A stretch of 64,000 nucleotides of DNA from Octopus sinensis (GCF_006345805.1 NC_043001.1:135780001-135844000); one strand, 5' to 3'; shown: positions 13,435 through 25,143, counted from the first letter of the stretch. Numbers and translations are program-made. Notes: generated by a model not told the origin, from the sequence alone.

Positions 13435-13725
13435 ATATTCTGTTGTGTCTGGGGAGAGTCATTCTCTTTTTGTACCTCATTATTTAACACACTCACTGGT
13501 GAAATTTCCACTTTTTTCTTATTTTTATTGTCCTAAAATTTTTGTTGCATCTTGCAACCTTTTCAATAGTTTTGACTCTCTATTGAAAAACTATTCAAAA
13601 GGTTGCAAGACCCACCAAAAATTTTAGGACAATAAAAATAAGAAAAAAGTGGAAATTTTACCAGTGAGTGTGTTAAATAATAAGGCACAAAAAGAAAATG
13701 ACTCTCCCCAGACACAACAGAATAT
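13435..13725. repeat. Long palindrome (~139-bp arms, 13-nt spacer) made from PLE-like sequence
   Basis: 13435-13573 is the reverse complement of 13587-13725 with about 8 mismatches. The same sequence occurs at ~7950-8097. Confidence 0.9.
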
Positions 13726-14589
13726 AGCTATTAAATTTGCCTCAAATCACACCCTACTGTATATTGTGTTATGTGCCTAAGTAAACTAGAAATACATCAA
13801 CATGGTGGAGAATCTTAATATAAAATGCAACCATATCTCCCTCATATCACAGCTGCCTGTTCTACGTGCATATACATTTATGAATTAACAAATGAATTCT
13901 TCATTAATTCTACTATAAATTCAGCTCTAAGAGGTATATTATCAACATATAGTAAATTTATGTATATTTACATAAAGTCTCTAATTATACCATCACAGAT
14001 GATTGCAGTCTCCTTGGGATTCCTCGTTAAAAAATGCATTGAAATAATCTTCAAGTTTAATGACATAAGAACAAACACACATACATACATATAGTGGACT
14101 TTCTTCTGTTTCTGTCAACCAAATTCACTCATATTTTTTTTGGTTGGCCTGGGTTTATAGTACAAATCAATTGCCCCAAATAGTACAACTGAACCCAAAA
14201 CTACAGGGAACAATGTGAACCTCTTACACACACACACATATCTTTTAACTAGTATCAGTCACTGGATTGCAGCAATGTTGAGGCACTGCCTTAACCTGGG
14301 TATTTATTTTCAAGAATGCTACTTACTTTGTCTATCTACATTTGTCGATTTGCTAAGTTATGGATCTAAATAAAGAAGAGCACTAGTTTTATGTGATGTC
14401 AATACAAAAACAGATATGGGAACTGATATGATTCAATGCAACCATCATGATCATCATCCTTCTTTCAGATGTCCACTTCTCAAGGCTTGCATTGATCATA
14501 TGGAATTCATTGAGAGGTAGATTTTCTACAGATGGATACCCTTCTTGTCACTAACACTTGATGAGCTGCATCAAGAAGTGCTGATCTGT

Positions 14590-15010
14590 TATTGTGGAGG
14601 GAACATGTGAAAGGGATGGACCAAGGAAGATGTGGGATGAAGTGGTCAGAAAGATCCTCAGGCATCCTCTCACAGAGGGGATGACATGGGACTGAGACTT
14701 CTGGCAGTTTGCTGTGCTTGAGAAGACGTGTCAAGCTGAGTAAAATTGTGGCTGTCCTTGCAGACAGGCATGTCCACTACATCTCTCTTCAGCTGAGTGA
14801 TCCTAATCTTGTAAGCTTGTGGGTGCTGGTACCATGTAAAAAGCACCCAGTAGGCTCTGTAAAGCAGCTGGCATTAGGAAGTGAATCCAGCCATAGAAAC
14901 TATGCCATAACAGACAAAATAGACCCTAGGTAGCTCTCTAGCTGGCCTGCTCCTGTCAAACTGTCCAACCCATGACAGCATGGAAAATGGACATTAAATG
15001 ATAATGATGG
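14590..15010 (+). mobile_element. RTE-clade LINE 3' end (ORF C-terminus plus 3' UTR)
   Basis: Degenerate translation EGTCERxGPRKMWDEVVRK...W.FAVLEKT. The 3' UTR resembles family C and ends aaatgataatgatg. Confidence 0.7.
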
Positions 15011-15513
15011 ATGGATATGTTTTCATGGAAGGCTGGAAATGAATCACTGCTTTTTATGGCGATAATGCTCATTTATAACCATCAAGTGAAATTCAGACAA
15101 TTATATACACATATACATACATACACAATCACACACACATACATACATAAACATGCACACATACAGCAGGCTTCTTTCAGCTTTTGTCTACCAAATATAC
15201 TCAAAAGGCTTTGGTAAAGCTGAGGCTATAGTACAAAATACTTACTCAAGGTACCACAGTTACAGACATAAGAACAAATATAGAGACAAATACACAAGTG
15301 TGTATGTTGATGCTTGCTGGTGCTAACGGGAGATATGTCTCTTATTGTCGAAGACTCTGAGTTAGTCTTTTGATAAATAAAGACTGATTAAATAAAGACC
15401 ACTCTGAATGAAATAAGTACTGGAGATAATATGATTGATTAAAACTCTTGGAGGCAGTGCTCTAGCATGGCTGCAGACCAAGGACTGAAATAAGTAAACA
15501 ACACACCCACACA

Positions 15514-15850
15514 CATCATCATCATCATCGTTTAACGTCTGTTTTCCATGCTAGCATGGGTTGGATGGTTCGACCGGGGTCTGGGAAGCCAGGGGCAGCA
15601 CCAGGCTCCAGTCTGATCTGGCAGAGTTTCTACAGCTGGATGCCCTTCCTACCGCCAACCACTCCGCGAGCGTAGTGGGTGCTTTTTACATGCCACCTGC
15701 ACAGGTGCCAGGTGGGGTCTGGCATCGGCCACGATTGGTTGGAACTTTTAATGTGCCAGTGGCACGGAAGCCAGCCAAGGCGGCGCTGGCAACGTTCGGA
15801 TGGTGCTTTTTATGTGCCACCGGCACAGAAGCCGCTCGGGGCGACGCTGG
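15514..15850 (-). mobile_element. Family C RTE-tail repeat
   Basis: Matches the other family C copies. Confidence 0.85.
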
Positions 15851-16175
15851 CTGTATATATATATATACATACATACACAAGCACAGATAGATACACTTCA
15901 TATGCATGTTAATGTTATATCTATTATATAGCTAACTAGTTTATGAAACAACTGTAAACAAATGGAATAGACATTTAGTCTCTCACCTCACTTCTCTCTT
16001 ATCTGTTGTATTTATATAAATTTTCTCCATCATTGTAGCTCCTGGATTTCCAGAACAATGTGATGGCTTACCCTAACCTTAAGCATGGAAATTCTTGTAA
16101 GATTCTTGTAAGCCATGCACTTGGTAGAGAGCTTAATGTGAGATCTGTTTGATTCTTTGAATCCCTACTACTACT

Positions 16176-16213
<38 letters not shown>

Positions 16214-16399
16214 CATACATACACACATACATGTGCACAGTGTGTGTGACAGCCAGTTGTATATAACATGATGTTTATTGATCACTTGGCTTGGAGACAA
16301 ATGGGCGTGGAGTGGATGTAGATGAAACTCTCGTAGAGAATCTGAAGAAGGATGTTAATCAGTAGAGATGGCTTGATTCAGTTGACCAAGTCAGTGTAG

Positions 16400-17150
16400 A
16401 TGGAGAGATTTGTTGAAGAGAGGGGGAGATAAGAGGAAAGGGAGGGAGAGAGAGGGGAAGAGGAAGGAGAGAAAGGGAGAGCGAAAGAGGAGAGAGAAAG
16501 GGAGAGCAAAAGAGGAGAGAGAAAATGAGAAAAAGAGGGGTAACGAATGCGGGAAAGAAGGGTGAGAGAGGGGAAGAGGAAGGAGAGAAAGGGAGAGCGA
16601 AAGAGGGGAAGAGGAAGGAGAGAAAGGGAGAGCAAAAGAGGAGAGAGAAAATGAGAAAAAGAGGGGTAACGAAAGCGGGAAAGAAGGGTGAGAGAGATGA
16701 GGGGAGATGAGGAAGAGAGAAAAGGAAGGAGCTGGTGAGGGAGGGAGGAGGCTGGATATGGTGGGTGGGAGAAAGGCTAGAAAATTGCTGGAAATAGAGA
16801 GTGGAAAGAGAGCTGTTGAATAGGAGAGAGAGGATTATTAGGAAAAGGAGGAAGAAGAGAAAGAGAAAGAGAGAGAGAAAGAGGGAGAGAGTAAGGGGAG
16901 TAGGATGTAGAAAGACTAAAAAGGCAGAGATAAGAGAGAACAGAAGAAATATGAGTATAGACAGCAAACAGAGAGAGAAAGAGAGAGAGGAAGAGAGAAA
17001 GATGGGGGAAAGAGAGACAGAGAGAGAGAGAGGCGAAGATAGAAAGAAAGAGGAAGAAGTAAAAAAAAACGCAGAAGAAGATGAAGAAATGGAAAAAGAA
17101 AAATGAAGTGAGGAAAAGAAGAAGGGAAGCAAGAGAAGAAGAAGAAACAT
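16400..17150. repeat. Polypurine (GA-rich) tract with an internal ~110-bp duplication
   Basis: Almost all A/G on the plus strand. gagagagaaaatgagaaaaagaggggtaacgaa(t/a)gcgggaaagaagggtgagagag occurs twice. Confidence 0.9.
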
Positions 17151-17469
17151 TACCCCCTTTTACACATATTTATGCGTTGCAATGATGTGTTTACATAGGG
17201 AAGCAAGCAAAAACAACACCTACTGTGCGTGTGTGTGTGTATGGGGAACTTAAAACAAACATTGAGAGTATTACTAGATATTAATGGATGAGGGCACGCA
17301 CATACGGATATGCAAACATACATATACAGCAAAACGCACTCAGATATACACGTACACGTATGAGCAGTCTAATGCACAGGCATACACGCATACGTATTCT
17401 CTAATGTGTATGTGTATGTATTCAGACTGTCTTTTGCATGCTCACGGGCAAACATGCAATCTGATACAC

Positions 17470-17598
17470 ACACACAAGACACACACACATATACATATAT
17501 ATATACATATATAGATACATACATATAAACATAGATATATACATACATATAAACATAGATATATATATATACATATAAACATAGATATATATATATAC

Positions 17599-17629
<31 letters not shown>

Positions 17630-17830
17630 AATATATATATATATACATACATATAAGCATAGATATATACACATACATACACATAAGCATAGATATATAT
17701 ATATACACACATATATATATACATACATACATATAAGCATAGATATATATATACATATATATATACATACATATAAGCATAGATATATATATACATATAT
17801 ATATACATACATACATACATATAAGCATAG

Positions 17831-17861
<31 letters not shown>

Positions 17862-17870
17862 TATATTTTT
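17470..17870. repeat. (TA)/(CA) compound microsatellite with recurring AAGCATAGAT/AAACATAGAT units
   Basis: Seen directly in the sequence. Confidence 0.9.
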
Positions 17871-18130
17871 TTTACCCCTCTGCGAAAAGATCTCAGAATT
17901 TTAATTGATTTGCTTTTCGCAGGAAGGAAGTTTTCTTCGAAGTATACGTCTCGCTTTTATCCTTCGAAACGTTTAGTAGATGAAACCTTAGCGACTGAAG
18001 AAGGGGATTTTTCGTTGTGCTTATTGTCCTGTATCTCTTTTTTTGCTTGTCTTGTTCCTTGGTTTGTGTCTATGTTTTTCGTCTCTCTATGTGTTCGACG
18101 TCTTTTTGGTGTCCTGTACACATATATGCG
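17870..18130 (+). mobile_element. GC/CpG-richer repeat, probably a Penelope-like pLTR/3' end, carrying HHR core words
   Basis: Contains GTC, GAAACGT and CTGAAGA with complementary flanks, followed by a T-rich pLTR-like tract. Confidence 0.45.
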
Positions 18131-18370
18131 TGTATATGTACATGTAGAGGTAGGTACGTACATATATGTTTATATATATGCATATGTTCTATTTTATTAA
18201 CATATATATATATATATACACACACACACATAGATTAGCACATACCTGTATAAAGTGAAAATAGAAATTAACATATGCAAACGCGCAGAGAGCGATATGT
18301 GCAAATATACGCATGTGTACACGTATGTACACAAATGTATGCATTTGTGTGTTTATGTCTTCATAAATAA

Positions 18371-18554
18371 CAGTCATAGAATGACCACTTGTTTCACACC
18401 TATGAAGCACATTTCAATATAGTCGAAAGCACATAACCTCTCCACAACTGGTTCCAGTTGTAGAGAGGTTATGCACCTTCGGCCATGTGAGTCTCATAGA
18501 TCATCTATACTGCTAAGCACTTTATAGGAGTGAAACCAATGGTCACTATGACCG
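18371..18554. repeat. Fold-back/MITE-like imperfect palindrome with a near-perfect inner hairpin
   Basis: Outer arms cagtcatagaatgaccacttgtttcacacctatgaagcac and gcactttataggagtgaaaccaatggtcactatgaccg. Inner stem 18432-18473. Confidence 0.8.
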
Positions 18555-19464
18555 GCCACAACATTTAACTTCCTAAAAAATATATTCTTTTCTACTCTAG
18601 GCACAAGGCCCGAAATTTTTGGGAGGGTGGGGCAGTTGATTAGATTGACCCAAGTATGCAACTGATACTTAATTTATTGACCCCCAAAAGGATGTTCCTA
18701 AAAAATATATCACTGTTTTAATGCTTTATAGTGTGCTTCTTTTTAGGACATATCTTTTCTGTTTTACTTGTTTCAGTCATTAGCCTGTGGCCATGCTGGA
18801 GTACCTCCTTGAAGAATTTTTTGTTGAATATATTAATGCCAATACTTATTTTTTTTTAAAGCCTGGTGCTTATTCTATTGGTGTCTTTACCTGAACTGCT
18901 AAGTTACAGGGACTTAAACACACTAACACCAGTTGTTAAGCAGTGGTAAGGAACAAACACAGACAAAAAACATACACACACACACATGTAAATATGATGG
19001 GCTTCATCCAGTTTCTGTCTACCAATTCCACTCACAAGGTTTTGGTCAGCCTGAGGCTATAGTAGAAGACATTTGCCCAAGGTGCCATGCAGTGGGACTG
19101 AACCTGAAACCATGTGGTTGGGAAGCAAGCTTCTTACCATATATACAGGGTTGGGTAAAAGTCTACTGACAGTAAATCAAAATTTCTCCCTCTTTCCATG
19201 CTTGCATGGACCAGATGGAATTTCTTGAGGCAGATTTTCTAAGGCTGGATGCCTTTCCTGCTGGCAACCCTCACTTGTTTACAAGCAAGGTAATCTTTTC
19301 CCATAGCTAGACATGGAAGACTGGAAATTAACAAACCCTGCTTGAATGATGTTGATGGCATTATATAATGTCTAGCAACATGCACACACATGTGCATACC
19401 TGCATACACACACATGCACGTGCACACACACACATACACAGCAGGGTCCTTTCAGTTTCTTATG

Positions 19465-19680
19465 TGTTTATTGCCCACAAGGGGCTAAACATAAAAGGGA
19501 CAAACAAGGGGGTTAAGTCGATTACATCGACCCCAGTGCGTAACTGGTACTTAATTTATCGACCCCGAAAGGATGAAAGGCAAAGTCGACCTTGGTGGAA
19601 TTTGAAATCAGAACGTGACGGCAGACGAAATACCGCTAAGCATTTCGCCCAGCATGCTAACGTTTCTGCCAGCTCACTGC
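19465..19680 (-). mobile_element. SINE family D (tRNA head plus Nin/Deu-type domain)
   Basis: Sense gtcgactttgcctttcatcctttcggggtcgataaattaagtaccag matches the Nin/Deu-domain pattern. Confidence 0.85.
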
Positions 19681-20061
19681 TGGGTTCTTTCAGTTTCTGT
19701 CCACCAAATATAATGTCTAGGCAACATGCATGCACACACAGACACAAGCATGTACACACAAATACACACAGCAGGTTTTTTTTTTCAATTTCTGCTCACC
19801 AAATCCACTCACACTGCTTTAGTTGGCCCTCAGATATAGTAGAAGACGCTTGCCCTGGGTGCCGTACAGTGAGACTGAACTCCAGACCACATGGTTAGGA
19901 GGCAAGAATGTTAACCATAGCCCCTACACACAGCATGGATTATAAATTACTGTATAATTGCATGTAGGGACTAGCTTACAAGAATAGTAACAAAATACAC
20001 CTAAACACATCTACATACGTAAACATGCTTAGTGTATTATTTATGTAGAGATAAAAAGGCA

Positions 20062-20165
20062 GATACACTTACACACACACACATTCAATTATACACACAC
20101 TCACATACACACATTCAATTATACACACACTCACATACACACATTCAATTATACACACACTATAT
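20062..20165. repeat. 30-bp minisatellite x3
   Basis: acacacattcaattatacacacac(tcacat) is repeated three times. Confidence 0.85.
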
Positions 20166-20527
20166 ATACATGAGCAGCTTTATATGTGGATAAAGTATAT
20201 AAATTAGCAGATATGTTTATGCACAGAAATAGGTGTGTCTATTCACAGGTACACACAAATATATCTACCACACACATACATGTTTGTTCATGAGTATATA
20301 AATGCAAACACAAACATTGCCATACATATGGGTGTGTGCACATTTTATTCACACACACACACACATGCATTTGTGCTTAGACATATAAGAAACAATATGC
20401 AAATATACACACATTCTGTAAAATTATGTTTTGAGGAAAACCTGAAAATAGCAATATTGCAACATACACTGAAGTATTAAATATTATGGAGTAGATTATG
20501 AAAAAGGAAAAGGTATATGCATATTAT

Positions 20528-20740
20528 TCTTTTTACTGTTTTACTTGTTTCAGTCCTTTGACTGCGGCCATGCTGGAGCACCGACTTTAGTCGAGCAAAT
20601 CGACCCCAGGACTTATTCTTTGAAAGCTTAGTACTTATTCTATCGGTCTCTTTTGCCGAACCGCTAGGTGACGGGGTACATGAACACACCAGCATCGGTT
20701 GTCAAGCGATTTGGGGGGGACAAACACAGTCACACAAACA

Positions 20741-20785
<45 letters not shown>

Positions 20786-20950
20786 CATGACAGGCTTCTT
20801 TCAGTTTCCATCTACCAAATCCACTCACAAGGCTTTGGTCGGCCCGAGGCTATAGTAGAAGACACTGGCCCAAAGTGCCACGCAGTGGGACTGAACCTGG
20901 AACCATGTGGTTGGTAAGCAAGCTACTTACCACACAGCCACTCCTGCACC
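20528..20950 (-). mobile_element. SINE family A
   Basis: Full-length reverse-complement match. Confidence 0.9.
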
Positions 20951-21344
20951 TATATATGTGTGCATGTACACACACACACATACACCCACACACGCACTAT
21001 GATGGGTGGGATATTCAGTCGTGCTTATACAGAGAGAAAAATAAAAATCAGGAGCAATATTCTAATCAATATTCTAGTAAAATAGGAATTATAGCCTCAC
21101 ATTCACAAGCAGCAGTGGGGGGGGGGCTACTTTATTGTTAGGTGCTACACGGGTCAGCATAGCGAGACACTATTTTCAGCTTGTCTGGGCACAGAATAGG
21201 TTGTATTGTTTTTATAGTGGTTCATTGCAAACCTTGGTTAATGTAGTATTTAATACTGTCTCAAACTTTCCTGGCATAGTGAGAGAGAGAGAGAGAGAGA
21301 AAAAAGAGAAACAAAGAGAGAGAGGGTGTGTGTGTGTGAAAGGT

Positions 21345-21585
21345 AGGAGAGTCCAGTTTGCTGGACATTGTTGTAGAGCTGAAAACGAGGCAATTTCTAC
21401 TCTTCTCCTCTGGAAGCCATCTACTCGCAATACCATAGGGCGCACACTCTCCTACCCTGATGTAATCTCCAGGGATACAGGCATCCAGCAACAGGACCTC
21501 CGTAATGCCATGATGGACTGTGAAGTCTGGCGTAGCATGGAAAATTCCATTGTCTCGACCACGGTTGAACAATGATGATGATGAT
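21345..21585 (+). mobile_element. RTE-clade LINE 3' end
   Basis: RRVQFAGHCCRAENEAISTLLLWKP...GRTLSYPDVISRDTG...MMDCEVWRS, a typical RTE ORF C-terminus, followed by a (TGA)n tail. Confidence 0.8.
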
Positions 21586-21798
21586 GTGTGTGTGCGCGTG
21601 TGAAGGCCAATATTCCATTAATATTTACGTAAGTGTATAGTAGACGCGTATGGTCCAAATCAATAATTTAACTAAGTGATCCAATACAAACGAACATGAA
21701 TAATCCACCACTCAGACGGACATATTGTACCATGGGAAGCAAAACAGATTACTTTTAGGAAAAGGCAAAAAAAAAAAATTTTTCAGTTTTTATATATA

Positions 21799-21969
21799 GA
21801 TGCTGATGTGGCTGTGTGGTAAGTAGCTTGTTTACCAACCACATGGTCCCGGGTTCAGTCCCACTGCGTGGCACCTTGTGCAAGTGTCTTCTACTATAGC
21901 CTCGGGCCGACCAAAGCCTTGTGAGTGGATTTGGTAGACGGAAACTGAAAGAAGCCCGTTGTATATATG

Positions 21970-22000
<31 letters not shown>

Positions 22001-22238
22001 GTATATATATATGCGTGTGTGTGTTTGTGTGTCTGTGTTTGTCCCCCTAGCATTGCTTGACAACCGATGCTGGTGTGTTTATGTCTCCGTTACTTAGCGG
22101 TTCGGCAAAAGAGACCGATAGAATAAGTACTGGGCTTACAAAAGAATAAGTCCCGGGGTCGAGTTGCTCGATTAAAGGCGGTGCTCCAGCATGGCCGCAG
22201 TCAGATGACTGAAACAAGTAAAAGAGAGTAAAAGAGAG
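21799..22238 (+). mobile_element. SINE family A inserted into the head of an older A-like SINE
   Basis: Full body. Flanked by the 23-bp direct repeat agatgctgatgtggctgtgtggt. The older head continues at 22238-22400. Confidence 0.9.
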
Positions 22239-22457
22239 ATGCTGATGTGGCTGTGTGGTTGAGATGCTTGCTTCTAAGCTATGTGGCCTCAAGCTCAGGC
22301 TCACTGCATGGCATATTGGGCGAGTGTCCTCTACTGTAGAGCCCACACTGACCAAGGCCTTGTGAATGGATTTGGTAAACTGGAACTGAAAGAAGCCCAA
22401 TCATACTTTGATACTGTCAGGACTGAGAACCCTGTTTACAAGCAACTGATACTTTAA

Positions 22458-22678
22458 CCCTTTTGTTACCAACCCGGCCAAAACCGCCTCTGGCTCTGTG
22501 GTAAAATGTCTTGTTTTCATAAGTTTTGGATTAAAATCTTCCACCAAACCTTAGTCACAATTTACATTCCTAACACTAGCTGAATGATAACTAAATTATT
22601 TTACTAAATTCTTTGTTATATTTAAAATAATTGAAAGAAACACAGAGCATCTCAAAATAAATACAGTAACGAAAGGGT
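22458..22678. mobile_element. Second piggyBac-type TTAA MITE family
   Basis: TTAA|CCCTTTTGTTAC ... GTAACGAAAGGG|TTAA. Confidence 0.8.
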
Positions 22679-22867
22679 TAAATAAAGTGTTAAACAGTTG
22701 TCGTATGCAAATTAGTAGCTCCAATTTTCTGTAAATTTGAACACATGGCTTGTTAAGTAATCGGTTTAATGTCCTAACTCTGGGCTTTTCAAAGTGGAAA
22801 AGTACCTATATAAAATCTTATATTAATACTAGAGGGAGAGAGAGAGAGGGAGAGAGAGAGAGGGAGA

Positions 22868-22922
<55 letters not shown>

Positions 22923-23129
22923 TGTGTGTGTTCATGTGTAATAAACTACCCTAATTTTTACATAATTTTGGCCTTCTTACCAAAATTTGACACCAATATT
23001 ACCAGCAAATTAGGGGAGAGGGTAAGTCAATTACATCAATCCCAGTGATCAATTGATGTTTTTTTTATTGACCCCCTAAAGGATGAAAGGTAAAGTCAAC
23101 TTAGGCAGAATTTGAACTCAGAACGTAAA

Positions 23130-23319
23130 TACAGTTCTATATTTAAGAGACGAGGAATTATGTACATTATTTACATTATTTACAATTGACGGATATTTGT
23201 CCTCATCTTGTTTGTTGTTAACATGTTTCGGCTGATATACCCTCCAGCCTTCATTAGGTGTCTTGGGGAAATTTCGAACCTGGGTTCTCATTTCTAAAGT
23301 ATTTTTCGATGATGTTGTG

Positions 23320-23359
<40 letters not shown>

Positions 23360-23429
23360 TCACTGCCTGGAATCGAACTCAGAATCTTGGGATTATTAGC
23401 CTGCGCTCTTAACCACTATGCCATATGCC
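23130..23429 (-). mobile_element. tRNA-headed SINE with (AAT)n linker and a hammerhead-like motif in its 3' half
   Basis: Sense: A box TGGCATAGTGG, B box GAGTTCGATTCC, (AAT)n, then CUAAUGA-A-GGCUG-loop-CAGCC-GAAAC, and a TGTAAATAA x2 tail. Confidence 0.75.
23218..23262 (-). ncRNA. Degenerate minimal hammerhead ribozyme (G5A, damaged cleavage site)
   Basis: gacac CUAAUGA A GGCUG gagggtatat CAGCC GAAAC a UGUU. Stem II is a perfect 5 bp, and UGUU can pair with GACA of stem I. Confidence 0.6.
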
Positions 23430-24142
23430 GGATGAAATACCACAAGCATTTTACCCAGGTTGGCTGGTAATATTAATGGTCAGAATGTTGTTTTGACATT
23501 CCATATAATCAGGAAATGAATTCTATGCCAGGGGTCTTTTAAAGCTAATCATCTTGTTGGCAGCCTTTTTGGGTTTCATTTAATTTTGTTGAATTGTAGT
23601 AAGGAGACACTGGAAAAAGTCTCTCTCTCTCTCTCTACATACACATATAGATACATATACTCACACACACTCTTCCTCTCTATCTCTCTCTTTCTCTTTG
23701 TTTCTCAATCATCTCTTTTACTTTACGCAGGATTAATATCCAAAACATCAGAAACACTCTTTTCTTTCATGCCTAGAACTAATACTTTATCTAATATATT
23801 ATGCTTTGTTTTTTAACCATATTCATTCTTTTTCTTTACACTATACATATAAAACATCCTTGTTCAACATCCACTATTCTATGTTTGCATGGCTCATACA
23901 AGATTTGTCAAGGAACATTTTTTATGGCTGGATGCTCTTCCTGTCACCAATCTTCAGCTGTTGCTTCCAAGCAAGGTTATATATTCCCTAGTTTTTCAAA
24001 CAGAAACAGTAAAATGGCAAAACAGAAGACTGCAAACAGATGCCACCACCTCTACAACAATGATGTTTCTTTACAATTAGAGTACAATGTCAATGAGACA
24101 CAAACAATAGGTAAAGAAAACGTTTATGTAATATCTATATAT

Positions 24143-24523
24143 GAGGTGCAATGGCCCAGTGGTCAGGGCAGCGGACTCGCGGTCATAGGATCGCGGTTTT
24201 GATTACTAGACTGGGCGTTGTAAGTGTTTATTGAGCGAAAACGCTTAAAGCTCCACGAGGCTCTGGCAGGGGATGGTGGTGATCCCTGCTGTACTCTTTC
24301 ACCACAACTTCCTCTCACTCTTATTTCCTGTTTCTGTTGTGCCTGCAATTCAAAGGGCCAGCCTTGTCACACTCTGTGTCACGCTGAATATCCCTGAGAA
24401 CTACATTAAGGGTACATGTGTCTGTGGAGTGCTCAGTCAGCTGCACGTTAATTTCACGAGCAGGCTGTTCCATTGATCGGATCAACTGGAACCCTCGTCA
24501 TCGTAAGCGATGGAGTGCCAACA
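24143..24523 (+). mobile_element. SINE family B (tRNA head, long 3' module)
   Basis: Matches 58311-58693 (-) and 63663-64000 (+). Confidence 0.9.
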
Positions 24524-24544
24524 ATATGCAAGTATAATACAACT

Positions 24545-24920
24545 GTACTAGAGAGAGTTAATATGTCAAGCATGTATGCTCTCCTAAGTAAATTCCAGTT
24601 GTAGTGAAGTGGACATGTAGCGTGCACATCTGACTCTAGATTTCCTAAAGAGAATTATTTTGGTAAACTAACAGTAGGCTCTTGGTCACGTGGTGGGCCA
24701 AAGAGAAGATACATAGACACTCTGAAGACAAATTTGAAGAAGTGTAACTTACAGCAGCCCAATTAGGAACATCTTGCTCAAGATCACTCACTGTAGAATA
24801 GTGCTGTGTAGTCTGGATTACAGTACTCAGAATCGGAAATGGTTAGCGAAACTAAACAGAGGAGGGTTGCATAGAAAGCAAGAGTCCCACTGGGTCCTGA
24901 TCTTGATACTATGCGTCCCA
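24545..24920 (+). pseudogene. RTE/BovB-like LINE ORF C-terminal remnant
   Basis: SGHVA.TSDSRFPK...FGKLTVGSWSRGGPKRRYIDTLKTNLKKC...EHLAQD, across frameshifts. Confidence 0.7.
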
Positions 24921-24939
24921 AATATATATATGTGTGAAA

Positions 24940-25143
24940 GGGTGGCAAGCTGGCAGAAACGTTAGCATGCCGGGCGAAATGCGTTGCCGTATTTCGTCTG
25001 CCGTTACGTTCCGAGTTCAAATTCTGCCGAGGTCGATAAATTAAGTACCAGTTACGCACTGGGGTCGATGTAATCGACTTAATCCATTTGTCTGTCCTTG
25101 TTTGTCTCCTCTGTGTTTAGTCCCTTGTGGGTAGTAAAGAAAT
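24940..25143 (+). mobile_element. SINE family D with the Nin core deleted
   Basis: Head ggcaagctggcagaaacgttagc and tail gggtagtaaagaaat are present. The segment between the two GGTCGA words is missing. Confidence 0.85.

Noticed and set aside
12790-14030. Possible further Penelope GIY-YIG (12880-13150, +) and RT (13790-14030, -) remnants
   Set aside because: Motif resemblance is too weak to support without an HMM search.
16359-17150. Leu/Ser/Phe-rich or Glu/Arg-rich ORFs here and at 37430-38450
   Set aside because: They are translations of polypurine/polypyrimidine tracts.
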